DNA from: Chloroflexi bacterium RBG_13_53_26
GTDB lineage: Bacteria > Chloroflexota > Dehalococcoidia > UBA2247 > RBG-13-53-26
Direction of reading: 5' to 3'
Length of the DNA stretch: 34,853 nt
Assembly: GCA_001795035.1 (NCBI GenBank)
Contig: MGMW01000075.1
Coordinates: 1-34,853 of the forward strand
Made by a program: the position numbers and the translations under genes. The stretch's first letter is position 1; each line of letters starts with the position of its first letter. Below the pieces are notes generated by a model. It was given only the letters and a program-made list of their open reading frames with translations, was not told the origin of the DNA and ran no database searches. Below are positions 21,058 to 29,820 of the stretch, piece by piece.

Positions 21058-22482
21058 CTAGACCCCTAGAATATCTCTACCCTGGGCAACTAGCGTCTTC
21101 GCCCTTTCCAGACTGCTGGCTTCAGCATATATGCGAAGAATGGGTTCTGTGCCAGAGAGACGGATGAGTAACCAAGAGCCATCTGCTAAGGAGAAGTGGA
21201 AGCCATCGATGGTATTGATCTTAAGGACCTCGGTATCTGCGATCCGGGATGGCGTTCTGTTGGCTAGGCGGCCAATGATCCTCTCACGGTCAGTGGGAGG
21301 AAACTCAAGATCGACACGCTGATAATGATGCGGCCCGACTTTGCTGTAGAGATAGTCGATGAGTTGCGAAGGAGTTCTCTTGAGCTTGTGCATAAGGTCG
21401 AGGAAGTATAGGCCAGCGAGGATACCATCGCGCTCAGGTAAATGACCCCTGAAGCCAAAACCGCTGCTTTCTTCACCGCCAATAAGAGCATTGTCGGTGA
21501 TCATCTTCGGCGCTACATATTTGAAGCCTACTCGCGTTTCGTAGACTGGCACATTGTAGATATCCCCCAGCTTGTACAGCATGCTGCTTGTGGTGAGCGT
21601 CTTGACGATAGGGCCGCGCTCTCCGCGTACCTCCAGCAGGTAAAGGGCAAGTAGGGCAAATATCTGCAAAGGTGTTAGCGGATTGCCCATCTCATCTACA
21701 ACGCCAATACGGTCGGCATCACCGTCTGTAGCGAGTCCGACATCTGATTTGCTTGTCCCGACCAGAGTGGCAAGCTTTGATAGGTGGCGAGCGATTGGTT
21801 CAGGCTGAATTCCTGGAAAGATAGGATTTCGTTCTCCATTGATCTCAGTCACTTCGGTTCTGCTGCCTTTAAGAAGCTTCTTGAAGTAGCCAGTTCCTGC
21901 CCCAAACATAGAATCTACCACTATGTTCAAACCGGCTCGGCGTAGATTGCCCAGGTCGACTAACTGGGCTATGTGCTTATCGTAGACTGGCACCGGATTA
22001 AGATACTCGATGAGTCCCTTATCGAGGCCATCTCTTAGAGATAGAACCTTTACTCTGTCTTGGGTGATGATCTGGGGTAAGCGTGATTCTATATCGGCTT
22101 CAACATCAGTTGGCGCACTGGCACCGTCTGCAGTCTTTATCTTGAAACCATTCCACTGAGCCGGGTTGTGACTGGCGGTAATAATGATTGCCCCAGCAGC
22201 TTTCTGGTTTATTGTTGCGTAGCTCACAACTGGTGTGGGGGTAGCCTGTGTACAAAGGTACACCCTGATATTGTTGGCGGCTATTACCTCAGCGGCTACT
22301 GCAGCAAAATCCTCGGAGGCAAAACGAGTATCATAGCCTATGACCAGACCTTGAGAGGCTAGCCCTCTATCACAAAGATGGTCGGCGACACTTTGTGCAC
22401 AATATCTGACATTGCTGAAAGTGAAATCATCGGCAATGATTCCACGCCAGCCGTCAGTACCGAACTTGATTGCCGGTTGCAT
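21058..22482 (-). CDS. Phosphomannomutase/phosphoglucomutase (alpha-D-phosphohexomutase family)
   Basis: Active-site loop TASHNPAQWNGFK, Mg-binding loop ATDGDADRIGVVD, and sugar-binding loop GGEESSGF. 474 aa. Confidence 0.9.
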   Translation of the reverse strand: MQPAIKFGTDGWRGIIADDFTFSNVRYCAQSVADHLCDRGLASQGLVIGYDTRFASEDFAAVAAEVIAANNIRVYLCTQATPTPVVSYATINQKAAGAIIITASHNPAQWNGFKIKTADGASAPTDVEADIESRLPQIITQDRVKVLSLRDGLDKGLIEYLNPVPVYDKHIAQLVDLGNLRRAGLNIVVDSMFGAGTGYFKKLLKGSRTEVTEINGERNPIFPGIQPEPIARHLSKLATLVGTSKSDVGLATDGDADRIGVVDEMGNPLTPLQIFALLALYLLEVRGERGPIVKTLTTSSMLYKLGDIYNVPVYETRVGFKYVAPKMITDNALIGGEESSGFGFRGHLPERDGILAGLYFLDLMHKLKRTPSQLIDYLYSKVGPHHYQRVDLEFPPTDRERIIGRLANRTPSRIADTEVLKINTIDGFHFSLADGSWLLIRLSGTEPILRIYAEASSLERAKTLVAQGRDILGV

Positions 22483-22508
22483 GTCGTCTTATTGCGATTG
22501 GGCTAGGA

Positions 22509-23747
22509 TTATCTCTGAAGCGAGCCACTTGCCTTGGCCAACTCTACGTCGGCCTGAAGCAGTGCTACTCTGTCTGTTTTTTCCCAGGGAAGTTCGAGGT
22601 CATCCCGCCCGAAGTGACCATAGGCAGCAGTCTGCTTATAGATCGGGCGGCGGAGCCCGAGTGATTCGATGATAGCTCCTGGCCGAAAATCGAAGTGCTT
22701 CTTTATGAGGCTCAGAATGACCTCTTCATCTACCTTGGCAGTCCCGAAGGTTTCGATGGAGATTGACAGAGGATGGGCGATTCCGATGGCATAGGAGACT
22801 TGAATTTCAAGGCGTTTGGCAAGACCTGCAGCGACAGCATTCTTGGCAACATAGCGGGCAAAATAGGCAGCGGAGCGATCTACTTTGGTGGGGTCTTTCC
22901 CTGAAAAGGCGCCTCCACCATGTCTGGCGATACCTCCATAGGTATCTACCAGTATTTTGCGGCCTGTGAGGCCGGCGTCTCCCATTGGGCCACCGACTAC
23001 GAAGCGTCCGGTGGCATTGATATGGTATTTGGTTCTCTTGTCCATAAGATGGCTAGGTATCACATTCTTGATCACCATCTCATGTATATCACGATGGATG
23101 ATATCGTTGCTTACAGTCTCGCTGTGCTGGGCAGCGATAACCACTGAGTCCACTCGTTTAGGGACGCCATGGCTATACTCAACGGTTACCTGTGACTTTC
23201 CATCAGGGCGTAGATAGGGCAGCGTTCCATCCTTTCTTACCTCGGCTAGACGTTTGCAGAGCTTATGAGCCAGCGAAATAGTTAGAGGCATTAGTTCAGA
23301 GGTTTCATCGCAAGCGAAGCCTATCATCATCCCTTGGTCTCCGGCACCCAAGCTATCTACCTCATTTGAATTGTTTGTCTTTTGCCTTGACTCTTGTGCA
23401 TGGTTTACACCCATGGCGATGTCCTGCGATTGCTCTTTGATGGAGGTAATCACACCGCAGGTTTCACCATCAAATCCATATTTAGCACGGGTGTATCCTA
23501 TCTCCCACACCGTATCCCTGACGATCTGCGGTATCTCAACATAACAGCCGGTCGTAATCTCTCCCGTCACGATGACTAAGCCGGTGGTAGCCATGGTCTC
23601 GCAGGCCACTCTGGCCATTGGGTCTTTGGCCAGAATAGCATCAAGGACAGCGTCTGAAATAAGATCGCAAACCTTATCGGGATGCCCCTCGGTCACGGAT
23701 TCCGAGCTCAGCATATACGAGGGGGATTTCATGAAGTTCAGAGTCAT
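22509..23747 (-). CDS. metK: S-adenosylmethionine synthetase
   Basis: [22 protein letters not shown] and [16 protein letters not shown] motifs. The ATG at 23747 is preceded by GGAGGAGAGG. The track start at 23795 would overlap ahcY. Confidence 0.95.
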   Translation of the reverse strand: MTLNFMKSPSYMLSSESVTEGHPDKVCDLISDAVLDAILAKDPMARVACETMATTGLVIVTGEITTGCYVEIPQIVRDTVWEIGYTRAKYGFDGETCGVITSIKEQSQDIAMGVNHAQESRQKTNNSNEVDSLGAGDQGMMIGFACDETSELMPLTISLAHKLCKRLAEVRKDGTLPYLRPDGKSQVTVEYSHGVPKRVDSVVIAAQHSETVSNDIIHRDIHEMVIKNVIPSHLMDKRTKYHINATGRFVVGGPMGDAGLTGRKILVDTYGGIARHGGGAFSGKDPTKVDRSAAYFARYVAKNAVAAGLAKRLEIQVSYAIGIAHPLSISIETFGTAKVDEEVILSLIKKHFDFRPGAIIESLGLRRPIYKQTAAYGHFGRDDLELPWEKTDRVALLQADVELAKASGSLQR

Positions 23748-23776
23748 TTTGCCTCTCCTCCAGTCAGTAGATTGAA

Positions 23777-25048
23777 TTAGGTGCCCAGTTCCCAACTCTC
23801 CAGGTATTGTGCCTGTTCACGAGTTAACTTGTCAATATTGATGCCCATTGAGCGCAATTTCAGTCGGCCCACCTCTTGATCAATCGCTTTTGGTACGGGG
23901 TAGACTGCGGGCGAGACGTTTTTTTTCTGGCGGAATATGTATTCGGCACACAGGGCCTGGTTTGCGAAACTCATGTCCATCACACTGGCCGGATGCCCTT
24001 CGGCTGCGGCTAGATTAATCAGCCTTCCGTCAGCCAAGAGATAGAGTCGTCTTCCATCTCTTAGATTATACTCCTCGACAAAAGGACGAATGTCTCTTTT
24101 CTTGACTGTCATGCTTTCCAAAGCAGGGATATTTATTTCTACGTTGAAATGACCACTGTTGGCTAGAATAGCACCGTCTTTCATGGACTGCAGGTGGGGC
24201 TTATCAATGATACTCAATCCACCAGTAATAGTAATGAAAACATCACCAATTCTGGCTGCCTTCAGGAGTGGCATTATCTGATAGCCATCCATGACGGCTT
24301 CCAGGGCGTGCACGGGGTTGATCTCAGTTATTATTACCTGCGCTCCCATGCCTCGTGCTCGCATGGCTATGCCTCGTCCACACCAACCATACCCACATAC
24401 CACAACCTTCTTTCCGGCCCAAAGAATATTGGTGGCCCTGGTTATACCATCAATCGTACTCTGACCTGTGCCATAGCGATTGTCAAAGAAATGCTTGGTT
24501 TCGGCATCATTTACGGCAATAATGGGATACTTCAGCTTGCCATTCTTTGCCATGCTACGCAGCCTGATGATGCCTGTGGTGGTTTCCTCCATGCCTCCAA
24601 TTACATCAGCGGTTATAGCACCCTTTGTCTTGTGCAGGCCAGTGACTAAATCGGCACCGTCATCGATAGTTATCTGGGGCTTATGTGCCAGAGCAGCACG
24701 AATATGCTTGTAGTAGGTATCACCATCCTCTCCTTTGATGGCGTAGACGGGTATCCCATGTTCCAGCATGGCAGCAGCTACGTCATCCTGGGTGCTGAGT
24801 GGATTTGAGGCACATAGCACGAGGTCAGCCCCCCCAGCCTTGAGGGTCAGAGCCAGGTTGGCGGTCTCTGTGGTAATGTGCAGACAAGCGGAGATCCTGG
24901 CTCCTTGGAGAGGTTTCTTCCTGGCGAATCTCTTTCTCAGCAGCTGCAATACCGGCATCTCGCGAGATGCCCATTCAATGCGCAACTCGCCTTGTGGGGC
25001 GAGAGAGGGGTCCTTAACATCACCATGAACGACCGGGTTTCTTTTCAT
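23777..25048 (-). CDS. ahcY: Adenosylhomocysteinase
   Basis: [38 protein letters not shown] and an NAD-binding GYGWCGRG motif. The ATG at 25048 is preceded by AAGGGGGAG. This gives 423 aa, the short archaeal/bacterial type. Confidence 0.94.
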   Translation of the reverse strand: MKRNPVVHGDVKDPSLAPQGELRIEWASREMPVLQLLRKRFARKKPLQGARISACLHITTETANLALTLKAGGADLVLCASNPLSTQDDVAAAMLEHGIPVYAIKGEDGDTYYKHIRAALAHKPQITIDDGADLVTGLHKTKGAITADVIGGMEETTTGIIRLRSMAKNGKLKYPIIAVNDAETKHFFDNRYGTGQSTIDGITRATNILWAGKKVVVCGYGWCGRGIAMRARGMGAQVIITEINPVHALEAVMDGYQIMPLLKAARIGDVFITITGGLSIIDKPHLQSMKDGAILANSGHFNVEINIPALESMTVKKRDIRPFVEEYNLRDGRRLYLLADGRLINLAAAEGHPASVMDMSFANQALCAEYIFRQKKNVSPAVYPVPKAIDQEVGRLKLRSMGINIDKLTREQAQYLESWELGT

Positions 25049-25453
25049 ACAATTCTCCCCCTTCAATTGAACTGGTGTGCAACCCAATAGGGCAGGTCTG
25101 GCAGTGCAGGTGATAAGATATGGTTGGCTGGGGCAATAGTCCTTGACTGGCTTTGTAGAGAGTGGTACGCGGTTGGGAATGTGAGGCCAGTCTTTATGGT
25201 GTCCGTTTCTTTGGGGACTTTCTCTGTGGGCAGGCGGCTGTCCGAGCCACTTCCAGAGTAGGTATGAAGGTCTATGCTCAATCTATCTCTTTTCAATACC
25301 GATGATGTACCAATACTCAGGCCGACCCTTCCGGGTATCGGTGATGATGTGCATTATATTAAGGTTGGGATGAAGCGTTTGCAAGTCGCATAGATCCACC
25401 TTGAGCGCTTGACAGAAGCGTTTACGAATTGGGAAATGGAACGATGATAGGTC
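25049..25453 (-). promoter_or_regulatory. Long untranslated region / candidate 5' leader of ahcY-metK
   Basis: 405 nt with no credible ORF, between the MetE-like stop (25454) and the ahcY start (25048). A perfect minus-strand TATAAT lies at 25358-25353, with TTGCAA 20 nt upstream (poor spacing). That would leave a leader of roughly 300 nt. Confidence 0.4.
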
Positions 25454-26482
25454 CTATGTTAGATAGCGTTTCCGTATCCTGCGGGAGAGCTGTACCAGGT
25501 AATCCAGACTCTGCTCGGCTGCCTCAGGAGAGAGGGTGGCCAGTCCGCATGAAGGAGTGATCAGGCCCTGTTCCACGAGTTGCCGAAAACGGTTGCTTTC
25601 TCGGGCAAAAGGATACATTGCCTCTTCAAGGCGGTCGTTCAGGCTGGCGACACTCTCCTTGGCTAACGCTTCTTCATCGTTAGGGACAATACCCCAGGCG
25701 ATAGCACCTCCCCGTTTCAAGAAGGATTGTACCTGGTCTGGATATGTACTAAGGCTGTTGGCGTAGTTGTAGGCGTCGAAGCTCAAAACGTGTATAGGGA
25801 GGTTGAGCAGCAGAGACCAATCTGTGTTGCCGCAACAGTGGATACCCCTGAGACCAGTTATGCCTTCAAGTGTTTCTTTCAGGAGAGCGACCACCTTCTC
25901 TGATGGCAGAGAGACAAAGGCAGAGCCCAGGGACGTTAAGTAGGGCTCGTCGACGAAGATAATGGTATTGGGTGAGATTTGCCTCAGGGTACTTTCCTGC
26001 CAGGAGGCTTTGAGCCGCAGATGCCTTGCCATGGCTTCAGCTAGGGTGTCATCATAGACGGTATAGTGGGTCCCGTCGGTGATGGAGAGCCCCCAGCTTA
26101 TGGGGCCGGTTACCTGTCCTTTGACGGCGATGGGTGGTGTGATGTCCAGGGACAGGAGAGCGTGAAGCCCTGCCGCATAGTCTGCGCTGGTCACATATTC
26201 ACTGTAGGCATTGTTGGCATAAGCGACGTATAGCTGTTCCAGACCCGGATCCAGATCCCGGGATCTGTCAACGCAAATGCGCGCGTCATCGATGACTATA
26301 CCGGGAAACCCCTGGCTGAACTGGGCATACATATTCTCTTTGGCAGAGCGATTCGGCAGTTGTGGCCATGCAGGAATAGCAGTGAGATAGCGCAGAAGCA
26401 AACGACACGCCTCCTGTGGATCGGTATGCGGCATACTACCGATGACGGTGGGCAAGCAGCCGAACTCAAATATTTTATCCAT
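25454..26482 (-). CDS. Short cobalamin-independent methionine synthase (MetE C-terminal domain only; 'core-MetE'-like)
   Basis: 342 aa. VDEPYL substrate motif, an IHCCG motif (His-x-Cys zinc ligands) and a C-terminal PSCGLA Cys motif, as in the MetE catalytic barrel. The N-terminal folate-binding barrel of full-length MetE is absent. Confidence 0.75.
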   Translation of the reverse strand: MDKIFEFGCLPTVIGSMPHTDPQEACRLLLRYLTAIPAWPQLPNRSAKENMYAQFSQGFPGIVIDDARICVDRSRDLDPGLEQLYVAYANNAYSEYVTSADYAAGLHALLSLDITPPIAVKGQVTGPISWGLSITDGTHYTVYDDTLAEAMARHLRLKASWQESTLRQISPNTIIFVDEPYLTSLGSAFVSLPSEKVVALLKETLEGITGLRGIHCCGNTDWSLLLNLPIHVLSFDAYNYANSLSTYPDQVQSFLKRGGAIAWGIVPNDEEALAKESVASLNDRLEEAMYPFARESNRFRQLVEQGLITPSCGLATLSPEAAEQSLDYLVQLSRRIRKRYLT

Positions 26483-26494
26483 CGTCTATCTCTT

Positions 26495-27358
26495 CTATTT
26501 TACATATTTCCCGATGAGGAGGGCTAGATCCTTCTTCAGGTAAGCAGGGACGTGTTCTGGCGAAGTAATGATAGCATCCTTCAGAGCAGTGGCGCATTGA
26601 CACTCTCGCCTCTTGGGGATTTGGCTTACAGCCGTCTTCACAGTGTTCTTGGCTATCTCTACGCTTCGTTGCAGATTGGCTATGACCATCTCTACTGTGA
26701 CCGACTCCTGGCTTTGATGCCAGCAGTCGTAGTCGGTGACAAAAGCAAGGGTAGCGTAGCAGATCTCGGCTTCTCGGGCCAGTCTGGCCTCAGGAAGCGC
26801 GGTCATGCCGACAACGCTAGCGCCCCAAGAGCGGTACAGGAAGGATTCTGCTCTGGTGGAGAACGATGGACCCTCTATGACAACGCAGGTGCCTCCCTGG
26901 TGCACGTTTGCCCTTGTTTTCCGAGCCGTTTCATATAGTAGGCGACTCAGGGTAGGGCAGAATGGATCGGCGAAGCCAATATGGGCTACCAGGCCCTGTC
27001 CGAAGAAGGTATTCGGCCTGCTCCCAGTTCGATCAATGAGCTGGTCGGGTACTACCATATCCAGGGGATGGATATCCTCCTTCAAGCTTCCCACGGCACT
27101 GATAGAGATGATATGTTCGACGCCTAGGGATTTCAGGGCGTAGATATTGGCTCTAGCTGGGAGCTCAGCCGGGCTGATGTGATGCCCTCTGCCGTGTCTA
27201 GGGAGAAAGGCTACCCTGACGCTTTGCAGAGTACCTAGGGTGATAACATCGCTCGGCTCACCAAAGGGGGTATTCAAGGCGACTTCTTCGACGTCGCTTA
27301 ACCCTTCTATCTGGTAGAGGCCACTGCCTCCTATAACACCGATCTTAGCTTCAACCAC
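26495..27358 (-). CDS. mtnP: S-methyl-5'-thioadenosine phosphorylase
   Basis: IGVIGGSGLY, FLPRHGRGH and ISAVGSL motifs of the MTAP/PNP family, 287 aa. It is adjacent to mtnA. Confidence 0.87.
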   Translation of the reverse strand: MVEAKIGVIGGSGLYQIEGLSDVEEVALNTPFGEPSDVITLGTLQSVRVAFLPRHGRGHHISPAELPARANIYALKSLGVEHIISISAVGSLKEDIHPLDMVVPDQLIDRTGSRPNTFFGQGLVAHIGFADPFCPTLSRLLYETARKTRANVHQGGTCVVIEGPSFSTRAESFLYRSWGASVVGMTALPEARLAREAEICYATLAFVTDYDCWHQSQESVTVEMVIANLQRSVEIAKNTVKTAVSQIPKRRECQCATALKDAIITSPEHVPAYLKKDLALLIGKYVK

Positions 27359-27390
27359 TAGCGCCTCCTTGTGCTGGTGAAATTGCCTGC

Positions 27391-28419
27391 CTATTCATCG
27401 AGGAGTTTCGAAAGAGTCATCTGGTAAGGCTCCTTGATTGCACCCTTCTCGGTTATTATTGCTGAAACATAACGATGGGGGGTCACATCAAAGGCAGGAT
27501 TAGCTACCTGTACTCCTTGGGGGGCCACTGGCACACCCTGAACATGAGTGACCTCCTCTGGGCTTCTATACTCGATAGGGATCCTGTCACCGGAGGATAA
27601 TGACAGGTCTATGGTAGTAATAGGGGCAGCGACATAGAAAGGGATGCCATTCTCCCTGGCCAGAACTGCCAGGGTATAGGTGCCGATTTTGTTGGCCACG
27701 TCCCCATTAGCAGCAATCCTATCAGCGCCTACCATGACACAGTTTACATCTCCTTTGCTGATGAAGTGCCCTGCCATAGAGTCAGTGATGAGAGTAACGG
27801 GAATATCCTTGCGCATAAGCTCCCATACCGTGAGGCGTGCTCCCTGAAAGAGAGGGCGGGTTTCAGTAGCAATAATATTGATTCCTTTATTCTGCTCCTT
27901 GGCTGCCATGATCGCTCCGAGGGCTGTGCCATCCCCTCCGGTAGCTAGAGGTCCTGCATTGCAGTGGGTCAGGATAGTGAAACCATTACCTATGAGCTCG
28001 GCACCAAACTGTGAGATGAGTCTGGTCGCTTGTCTTTCGTCATCGTGGATGGCTTTTGCTTCAGCGATCAGTGTAGCCTTAGTCCCGGTGATATCCTCCC
28101 CTGTCTGAGTTGCCGCTATCATTCGTTTGATGGCCTGAAAGAGATTGACTGCGGTGGGCCTGGTAGAGGCCAATACTTCGGCCATGCGTCGTAGCTCGGC
28201 GAGGAAATGCTCTTTGCTCTTTGTCTTGATGGATTGTGCTCCCAAGGCAATCCCATAGGCAGCAACTAGCCCAATCAGAGGTGCCCCGCGGACTCTCATC
28301 TCCTTAATTGCCTGGGCTGCCTCTTCATAAGTGGAAAGCTGAAGATAGACCTCCTCCCAGGGGAGTCTGGTCTGATCAATGATTTCGATCCTGTCATCGA
28401 GCCATGTTATAGCTTCCAT
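27391..28419 (-). CDS. mtnA: Methylthioribose-1-phosphate isomerase (eIF-2B alpha/beta/delta family)
   Basis: IIDQTRLP, VRGAPLIG, LTHCNAG.LAT and VGADRIAANGDVANKIGTY motifs, 342 aa. Confidence 0.87.
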   Translation of the reverse strand: MEAITWLDDRIEIIDQTRLPWEEVYLQLSTYEEAAQAIKEMRVRGAPLIGLVAAYGIALGAQSIKTKSKEHFLAELRRMAEVLASTRPTAVNLFQAIKRMIAATQTGEDITGTKATLIAEAKAIHDDERQATRLISQFGAELIGNGFTILTHCNAGPLATGGDGTALGAIMAAKEQNKGINIIATETRPLFQGARLTVWELMRKDIPVTLITDSMAGHFISKGDVNCVMVGADRIAANGDVANKIGTYTLAVLARENGIPFYVAAPITTIDLSLSSGDRIPIEYRSPEEVTHVQGVPVAPQGVQVANPAFDVTPHRYVSAIITEKGAIKEPYQMTLSKLLDE

Positions 28420-28464
28420 GTCTGCACTCCGACGACTAGTTTATCATCTGGAGGTTGGTTCGTC

Positions 28465-28470
28465 ATTATA
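28465..28470 (-). promoter_or_regulatory. Candidate -10 box for the mtnA operon
   Basis: Minus-strand TATAAT lies 46 nt upstream of the mtnA ATG. No good -35 is present. It overlaps the tandem heptamers TATACAG TATACAG (28467-28480, + strand). Confidence 0.3.
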
Positions 28471-28574
28471 CAGTATACAGTTCGCCTGATTTGAAATGCT
28501 GTAGGGATGGTGATAAAACATTAGGCTTAGCGGGTACGGGTATGATAGGCGATCGAAATCCGAGGCAAGAAAGC

Positions 28575-29807
28575 ATGTTTGGTGTCTACAGGGCGCTCGA
28601 TCTGAGCGATGAGAAGGGTTTCATATGCGGCAAGGCATTGGCTGATCTGGGCGCGGATGTAGTAAAGATTGAACCGCCCGGTGGTGATCCTGCCAGGAAC
28701 ATAGGCCCTTTCTACCATGACATTCCTCGTGCCGAGGAAAGCCTCTATTGGTTTGCCTACAATGCCAACAAACGAGGTATTACCCTGAACATAGAAACGA
28801 CCGACGGGCAGAAAATCTTCAAGAGACTGGTAAAAACTGCTGATTTCGTCATCGAATCCTTTTCTCCTGGATATTTGAAGAACCTTGGTCTGGACTATTC
28901 GGTGCTGAGCCAAATCAATCCTGGGATCATTCTGGCCTCGATTACTCCGTTTGGGCAAAGCGGTCCTTATCGTGATCATAAGACCGTGGATATCGTGAGT
29001 ATGGCTCTGGGTGGCTACATGTACCTGACCGGTGAGTCCGATAGACCCCCAGTTCGCATCGGTTTCTCGCAGGCATATCTCCACGCGGGTATGTCAGCCG
29101 CTTCAGGAGCGATGCTTGCTCATTGCTATAGACAACTGACCGGAGAAGGACAGTGGGTCGATGTTTCAATACATGAAGCCTGTGCCTGGATACCACCAGA
29201 TTCCTACATCTTCTGGGAGATGAATCAGCTTCTTGAGGAGCGACACGGGGCAGTGCGGGTCAGGCCAACAACCGGGGCTCGAATGAGACGTATATGGCAG
29301 TGTGTGGATGGCTACATAAGTTTTGATCTCTATGGGGGCAGGCTTGCCCGAAATTTCATGACGCCATTGGTAGCCTGGATGGCGGAAGAGGGGATGGCAC
29401 CGGATTTTCTTACAGAAATAGATTGGGCGACCTTCGATTATTCAGCAGTGCCCGCGGACATAGTAGACAGAATCTCCGAACCTGTCGGTCGGTTCTTCAT
29501 GGGGCATACAAAGGAGGAGCTCTGGCAGGGCGGGATAGCCAGACGCTGCTGCATCTATCCTGTCTCTTCCCCTGGGGAGGTAGTCAGAAGTACCCAGCTT
29601 GCGGAGAGGGATTACTGGGTGGACCTGAGACATGATGAGCTCAATTGTAGTATTACCTATCCCGGGCTTTGCATCAGATCGTCGGAGGCCAAGTGCAGCC
29701 TAAGGCGAAGAGCGCCTCTTATCGGGGAACACAATGAAGAGATATACGGCGAGATAGGGTTGTCCAAAGAGGAGCTTGTTGTCCTAAGGCAGGCCGGGGT
29801 GATATGA
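28575..29807 (+). CDS. Family III CoA-transferase (CaiB/BaiF/Frc family)
   Basis: N-terminus ALDLSDEKGFICGKALADLGADVVKIEPPGGDPAR, and the central motif FGQSGPYRD...TGESDRPP. ATG 28575 follows GAGG. The track start at 28455 adds an unconserved extension; ATG 28542 is an alternative. Confidence 0.88.
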   Translation: MFGVYRALDLSDEKGFICGKALADLGADVVKIEPPGGDPARNIGPFYHDIPRAEESLYWFAYNANKRGITLNIETTDGQKIFKRLVKTADFVIESFSPGYLKNLGLDYSVLSQINPGIILASITPFGQSGPYRDHKTVDIVSMALGGYMYLTGESDRPPVRIGFSQAYLHAGMSAASGAMLAHCYRQLTGEGQWVDVSIHEACAWIPPDSYIFWEMNQLLEERHGAVRVRPTTGARMRRIWQCVDGYISFDLYGGRLARNFMTPLVAWMAEEGMAPDFLTEIDWATFDYSAVPADIVDRISEPVGRFFMGHTKEELWQGGIARRCCIYPVSSPGEVVRSTQLAERDYWVDLRHDELNCSITYPGLCIRSSEAKCSLRRRAPLIGEHNEEIYGEIGLSKEELVVLRQAGVI

Positions 29808-29820
29808 AGGGGGTGACTGT

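Noticed and set aside
25101-25260. SAM-I or SAH riboswitch upstream of ahcY.
   Set aside because: Only isolated look-alike strings are present on the minus strand: UCUUAUCA at 25118-25111 and GGCUCGGA at 25248-25241. The conserved SAM-I core (AGAG..GAGGGA..GCAACC..GGUGC) and the SAH P1/pseudoknot partners are not. I cannot assign a known class by eye.
25063-25296. A 77-codon minus-strand ORF inside the ahcY leader, ending at the ahcY Shine-Dalgarno.
   Set aside because: It has a TTG start with no SD. Its composition is low-complexity and Ser/Thr/Pro-rich, with no recognisable family. It is more likely non-coding leader sequence, though translational coupling cannot be formally excluded.
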